The notes under the pieces were generated by a model. The model was given only the letters and a program-made list of their open reading frames with translations. It was not told the DNA's origin and made no database searches. The translations under genes were made by a program, and so were the position numbers. Positions 58,093 to 64,000 of a stretch of DNA of 64,000 nt are shown in pieces. Source of the stretch: Heterodontus francisci (taxonomy: Eukaryota); the NCBI RefSeq assembly GCF_036365525.1, contig NC_090376.1, positions 59,050,559-59,114,558 on the forward strand. Direction: 5' to 3'. Each line of letters begins with the position of its first letter. Positions within the stretch are counted from its first letter, which is position 1.

Positions 58093-59881
58093 ACCACTTC
58101 TATGTGCTAAATAAAGTTATATCCTTCATTTATTCAAAGGTTCCTAACAGGGCAGGGATTGGTGTTGAAGGGTACATCAGGTGCTTTCGTGGATCAACTA
58201 TGTGGCATGGCGTGGCATGGCATTGCCCATGTTGACTAAAACTCAGAGTGGCACAGCATGATCACATCAGGATTCTACCAACTGCATCGATTGCCACCAC
58301 CATCCATATAATCTTAACGCTCCTCCCCTTTCTGGCACCCTCCCCACACACAGGATGGCTCAAGTGCCATTGTTCCTTCACAAACACAAACAAATACAGA
58401 GCATACCCTGTTTATGGAAGGAGGCTAAACAGTACCTCCCTTCATGCCTGCAGAGCTTTCCCTCCAGTAATCCCAGACCCCCTCCCTCCTTCCTTCTACA
58501 ATGTAGAGCTGAGACCCCTGTAATCCCCCCCTCCCTCCTTCCTTCCACAAAGCAGAGCTGAGACCCCTGTATATCTGGACTTACCGTCACTGTCCAGTAC
58601 TCCTGCTTCTGATGTCCCTTGTGGTTTTCTGTTCATGAATGGGACAGCACATGACGGCCGCCCGTTCTACATAAAATACGAAAGTGTGGAGCGAGAGGTG
58701 GCGAGGTGCTTAATCTGAAGAGGTAAATAGCATTTTACATTTTTTAATTGGGGTGCTGCTGCTGAGTGCCGGGGGGTGCTGCACTGAGGTCCACCCACCG
58801 CCGGTAATATGCAGCGGGCCCTTCTCGATGTCGGGGGTCGAGGTGGGCCTCTCCCCGCAAAACTTTATGGGCTCCCCCGCTGTGACCCATGGCGTTGAGG
58901 GGCTCGTAAAATTCAGCCCCACAAGTGCTACTATGCGCCCAATTGAAATATATTTTCATATTAAAAGGGAAATCTCAGTGTTTTTTTGCAAAGAACTTTT
59001 GAGACTTGCCTTACTATTGCATAGAATGGATAAAGATCTTCTCATCCTCAGCATCCACTCCATTTCACATGACAATTGGAAAATGTATCCTCTGAGAGGT
59101 ATTGACAATTGTGAATAGCTTTGTATACTGAGAACTGCATTGATACTGGCCAAATGTATTACATCTTGGACATGTAACAGGCCACAGCAGACAGAGCCCT
59201 TTAATCCCATATAATCCTTACAGGGACTCAAACTGCAGACTACATAGGCAATCGGACTGTGTGCTAACCCACTATGCCATCTGGTTTTGTATACTCACAA
59301 GATTCAGCTGGGAACTACTGTGGCTTTGAATCAGTGCTTACATTTTCCTCTCATAATGATGCTCAGAAGTAATGTTGCTTATTATGTTTTGTATTGGAAC
59401 CAATTTAGTTCCGTTATTTGCTTCCCATACTTTAGATTGCCGTGTTTGTCCCAGAATTCTAATGTAAACACCAAATGACAATAACTTAATTATGATCAGT
59501 GATCACAACCATTGACTGATCATTAACTCTAGATATGAAAAATGACTCTACAGGCAAATGAAGCATTAGTTATGCTGCAGAGATTGAAAAAACTGCAAAT
59601 GCTGGCAATCTGATTTAAAAATAATAACTGCTGGAAATAAATACGTCCAACCATGTCTGAAATGAGAAAAGACAGGCTAATGTTTGAGCCCTAGACCCTC
59701 AACCAAAACTAGTGTGACATTAATGGTTCTGAATGAGGGAAAACAATAGGGTAAAAGTCAAGAGTCACTAACTGCTAACACAAAGAAATAATTCATGAGT
59801 TTAATGCCTTTGAATAATGTTTTTTAAAAACTGGAAATAGAAATGCTGGATGAGAGACAAAGATCCCCACCAAGCAGTCAT

Positions 59882-60500
59882 TCTTTTTCTTTTGGGCCTC
59901 CTTATCTCGAGAGACAATGGATACGCGCCTGGAGGTGGTCAGTGGTTTGTGAAGCAGCGCCTGGAGTGGCTATAAAGGCCAATTCTGGAGTAACAGGCTC
60001 TTCCACAGGTGCTGCAGAGAAATTTGTTTGTTGGGGCTGTTGGACAGTTGGCTCTCCCCTTGCGCCTCTGTCTTTTTTCCTGCCAACTACTAAGTCTCTT
60101 CGACTCGCCACAATTTAGCCCTGTCTTTATGGCTGCCCGCCAGCTCTGGCGAATGCTGGCAACTGACTCCCACGACTTGTGATCAATGTCACACGATTTC
60201 ATGTCGCGTTTGCAGACGTCTTTATAACGGAGACATGGACGGCCGGTGGGTCTGATACCAGTGGCGAGCTCGCTGTACAATGTGTCTTTGGGGATCCTGC
60301 CATCTTCCATGCGGCTCACATGGCCAAGCCATCTCAAGCGCCGCTGACTCAGTAGTGTGTATAAGCTGGGGATGTTGGCCGCTTCAAGGACTTCTGTGTT
60401 GGAGATATAGTCCTGCCACCTGATGCCAAGTATTCTCCGAAGGCAGCGAAGATGGAATGAATTGAGACGTCGCTCTTGGCTGGCATACGTTGTCCAGGCC
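59882..60500 (-). mobile_element. Young 5'-truncated RTE-clade LINE
   Basis: Open frame WTTYASQERRLNSFHLRCLRRILGIRWQD..RRLRWLGHVSRM..CSTCGRACYSRIGLYSHSRRC, with a perfect 17-bp TSD CCCCACCAAGCAGTCAT (59865-59881, 60501-60517). Confidence 0.95.
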
Positions 60501-60769
60501 CCCCACCAAGCAGTCATAAGGCATTAGAAAGTCAAAAAGGAAGAGGCACTGTGGAAGGGAATGGAGTGAAAGGCAAATGGGAGAAACAAGCAGGAAAATT
60601 GAGACAACCAAAGTATGAAGTCATTAAAGCCAAAATTCAGACTACAAGGCTGGAGAGTGCTTGGGAGAAAGCTGAGATTCTACTTCAACAATTTGCATTT
60701 ATATAGCACCTTTAATGTAGTAAAATGCCCAACACGCATCTCAGGAGCATTATTAAACAAAATTTGGGC

Positions 60770-62700
60770 TGATAAAATGCAAAATACAAGACTGATCAAT
60801 GATCCTTCAAAAACTAAATTGGTTGTAATACAAACCTGTAATATCCTCATGGACCAGGAGAAGCAGGAGTTCTTCCCCAGGTGTCTATGGGTCTCTTACT
60901 CTCTGCATTGGTCACAGATGCCAAAGCCCTTACCCAGTGCTAACTTTATGCTGAGGACCATTCCCTTGGATCACCAAGATCCTAAGGCTCCCAACTAGAC
61001 TTGTGGCTCAGAGATTGCTGGAGCCATTGGACTATCTACCTTGGTGCTTTTGTCGCACGTCAACTAGTCTTGTGGATTCCACTGTCTGGATGTGTGGAGT
61101 CCTAATGCGTGCATTGAAATTAAGCAGTCCACCATGGAGCATATGGTCACTTCAGAGTCCCTTGCAGCTGAGGCCTCACTCTCACCTTGCATGACTGATT
61201 TAAAGTCACCAATACTGGCATTTCATGGGGATGTTCATACTCTGCACAGGCTGGGAGATCATATTGACTGGGGCTTCAGTCAGCTCAATAATCTCCTTGA
61301 TCTTGCTCACCTGCAGATCAGTGAGCATACTGAGGCGGAGCCCAGTGGCATGGGCAGGCATAGAATGGGCATGGATGATGTTAATGTTTCTCTGGATAAC
61401 AACACCTCTGTATTCTTATGCTCCCCTACAACTATTATCTGCACTGGTAGCCTAAAGTACATTAGGGCAGATTGTTATGGCAACTGCTAAGGTAGAGGAA
61501 TCTACAGCCGAGAACTCTCAGGCCTATGTTTATGGATGTCAATGGCCACCACCAGTTCAGAAGTAAGTGCTCAAAAGCTGCTATCAGCACTGGTGCAATC
61601 TATGGTGAAAAAGCTAGCTCTTTTGGGTCACAAAATAAGTTACCACTTTAATTACATTGTGTACAGAGGGTGTTCATGTAATGGTTTTGTGTTTTGGGAA
61701 TTGAGAGATGAATGATTTTGTTGGTAATTGTGCAGTGGGTGTTAACGTGGGGAAAAGGTGCATATCTGCAGGGACTTGGGAAATTTTATTTGTCAGGATT
61801 GTTAATGCAGGAGTCATGGGGTTCATCAATTGAAAGGTCCATAAAGCAACTGTCAACATGGTGCTCTGACACTGGGAAATGTTGACACCCTTACAGCATC
61901 CTCCATGTTGAGTTGGCTGTCCTCCTCACTGACAATTCTATGCATATTCCGCAATTCACAGAAAAATTGTAAAGCATTCAAACCACAATCCTGCATGAGA
62001 CTTTGGCTGGGCTATATTGTCCAAGCGTCTGAATTATTGCTTCAAGATTCTAATCTCTTGTGGAAGCATGAATCTGATTGTACCTCTGTATTGGATTTTG
62101 CACAGGCGTCAGAAGCTAGGTCTGCAGTGGATAACCTTTTACTGTCTGTAGTAAGATAAATACATCAAAGCAGCTGCTGGGAAAGTGGAACATGACCTGC
62201 AGATGAATTGAAGATGGTCACAGACTAGTTGCATACTAATAGACATGAAGGCTACAGCATTGTGAGGAGGAACATATGTGAAAGCTATGGTGCCTTAATT
62301 TGGGGTATTCTGTAATCTTTGTGAACTCTAAGGTCCTATGCTGCTGCTTCTGGATGTCCATGGGGAAAGTGAAAAAGGCAAACAAGGTGTCAGTCACCAG
62401 TTTGATACTTGCATGGACTGCAGATTGGCTTAAATTATAAGTGTCTCTTGTGGCACCTGGGAAGAAGTTGGAGACGAAAATGCTTAAGTTCCAATGGGCC
62501 TTACTGCAACAAGCAGCACCATGCTTGTCCCGGCAATTGGCGGCTGATGGTCATCAAGCAGATGACACAAATCTGTCATTGCCTCCCTCAAAAGGCTTCA
62601 GTTATGTGCAGTTCTGCTTCACCTGCACACTTGGTTTGGAGAGTAATATAGTGGGATTTTCTCGGAGCAAAGGGTAAGGCTATTTTTTGCGATGGCCCAC
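60770..62700. mobile_element. Highly decayed probable Harbinger remnant
   Basis: Minus-strand KGYPL (about 62130), ILKQ.FRRLD (about 62030) and C.LRN...VSEED (about 61930) resemble the HARBI1 C-terminal half. Boundaries are uncertain. Confidence 0.45.
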
Positions 62701-62909
62701 CCCCGCCACAAACCTTTACATCACAGCACCTTGAATGATCAGCAAATCAGCTGTATTTATATGCGTTAATGAAGCTCCTGCCTGTTTGAGATGAGAGCTT
62801 GCACCATTGATCATAAATCTAGACAAACGAGTTCCACCCAATTTCACAGCTCCTTCTGTCCCCGAAATCAGAGGATAAGTGACATGAAATTGGTTTTCAT
62901 GTTTCCTCC

Positions 62910-63750
62910 GAGACAGAATATAAGACGGAATTTGAGAGATTGGCCAAAAGGATCACAATGATCTTTTATTGTCCTGTGCAATCCTATGTCCTTATGAACT
63001 GTAATTTAAAGGACTGCTTTGATGTATATGTTTTAATTGTGTTTTGTAGTACACCAGGTCATTGTTATGTACATTAATACTTTCTACAATTGTAAAACTG
63101 ATATTTAAAGGATGAAGCTGCATTTTAACAACAAAGAACCATTTATATCATTAGATAAATTGAACACAATATTACATAGCATACAACAGATTCACTCTAC
63201 CTCCAACTCGGGGAACATTCTGATTCTTTTTATTGTTGTACAGTTCCAAATGTAGAGATCCTAGGTAAATAAAAATGAATGCATTTTATAGAGGAACAAT
63301 AAAACTAGGTGATCGCTCACTACAGCCTAGACCATATGCCATCTAAAAATTATTGTGCTGGAAGCAATTTTGATAATATTCATAATTAGGCCTATTTCAC
63401 CAGGCTCCACTCTGAAAGTAGTCAGGTGAGATAATTTGAATCAAATGAATACTTTTCTTGCATTCACAATACATCTAGATACTGGCAGGCCGATTACTTT
63501 GTTACAGAAGCTGTACATTGCTGAACTTGTTACCATTAGAGGTACCAATGATCTGAAACAGTCTCTTAAACTGAAAATATCATATTCTCTTAACATTTTG
63601 AAACAACATTAAACTCCAAGTGAGATAGAGAAAGAAAGATAAAAAGGAAACAATTGTTTAGTTCATTAGGACATAGGATTGCATAGGATCATGAAAAATC
63701 ATTGTGATCCATTTGGCAAATCTCTCAAATTCCAAGTTATAATCTATCTC
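62910..63750. repeat. Inverted repeat pair (~90-bp arms at 62910-63000 and 63659-63750)
   Basis: ggaatttgagagattggccaaaaggatcacaatgat...gcaatcctatgtccttatgaact recurs in reverse complement with scattered mismatches. Confidence 0.8.
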
Positions 63751-63836
63751 TGTTACCATAGAACTAACTGACGTCCTCTTAAAATTGTTGACAGTATTTG
63801 TCTCACAGCCAGAAAAGGAACGAGGGAATGGGGAAA

Positions 63837-63997
63837 ATTTTCCCGTACCACTGCCTGAGACTATTGGATGCAGCACATAGAGGAAAATCAATACATGCTT
63901 ATAAGGGAACCCGTTAGGTTGTTTGTATCACCCTGATTTCTCTCTATATGCTACACCCAAGTGATCCAATAGTCCCAGAGGAAAGAACAGGAAAATA
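63837..63997. repeat. Imperfect hairpin
   Basis: ctgagactattggat..agcacatagag..aaatca pairs with tgatttctctctatatgct..atccaatagtcccag. Confidence 0.6.
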
Positions 63998-64000
63998 CGC

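Larger units (their letters stand above)
54552..58919. mobile_element. PIF/Harbinger transposon with clear TIRs and TSD
   Basis: TIRs GGGCTGAATT / AATTCAGCCC and TSD CAC (54549-54551, 58920-58922). Convergent Myb/SANT (+) and HARBI1-like (-) remnants. Confidence 0.88.

Noticed and set aside
58478-58572. Two ~47-bp direct repeats
   Set aside because: A simple local tandem duplication inside the Harbinger subterminal region.

Overview
Vertebrate nuclear DNA, almost certainly from a cartilaginous fish (shark), judged from HE1-type V-SINEs sharing CR1 tails. The window is repeat-dense intronic or intergenic sequence, and I could not identify a confident intact host exon. It holds many CR1, L2 and RTE LINE fragments (some young), four HE1 SINEs, two Gmr1-type Gypsy elements plus solo LTRs, and four to five decayed PIF/Harbinger transposons (HARBI1-like transposase plus convergent spliced Myb/SANT gene) with MITE derivatives. 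Two families of Penelope-associated repeats carry minimal hammerhead-ribozyme motifs. The most notable structure is a pair of hAT-bounded composite elements (396-7237 and 19965-23167) with shared termini and 8-bp TSD-like flanks but different interiors. The second carries an intronless MROH1-family coding fragment fused in frame to a hAT transposase C-terminal remnant, plus an 18S rRNA fragment, making it a candidate 'Pack-hAT' gene-capturing element. All family calls come from reading the sequence by eye; no searches were run, and boundaries of decayed elements are approximate.
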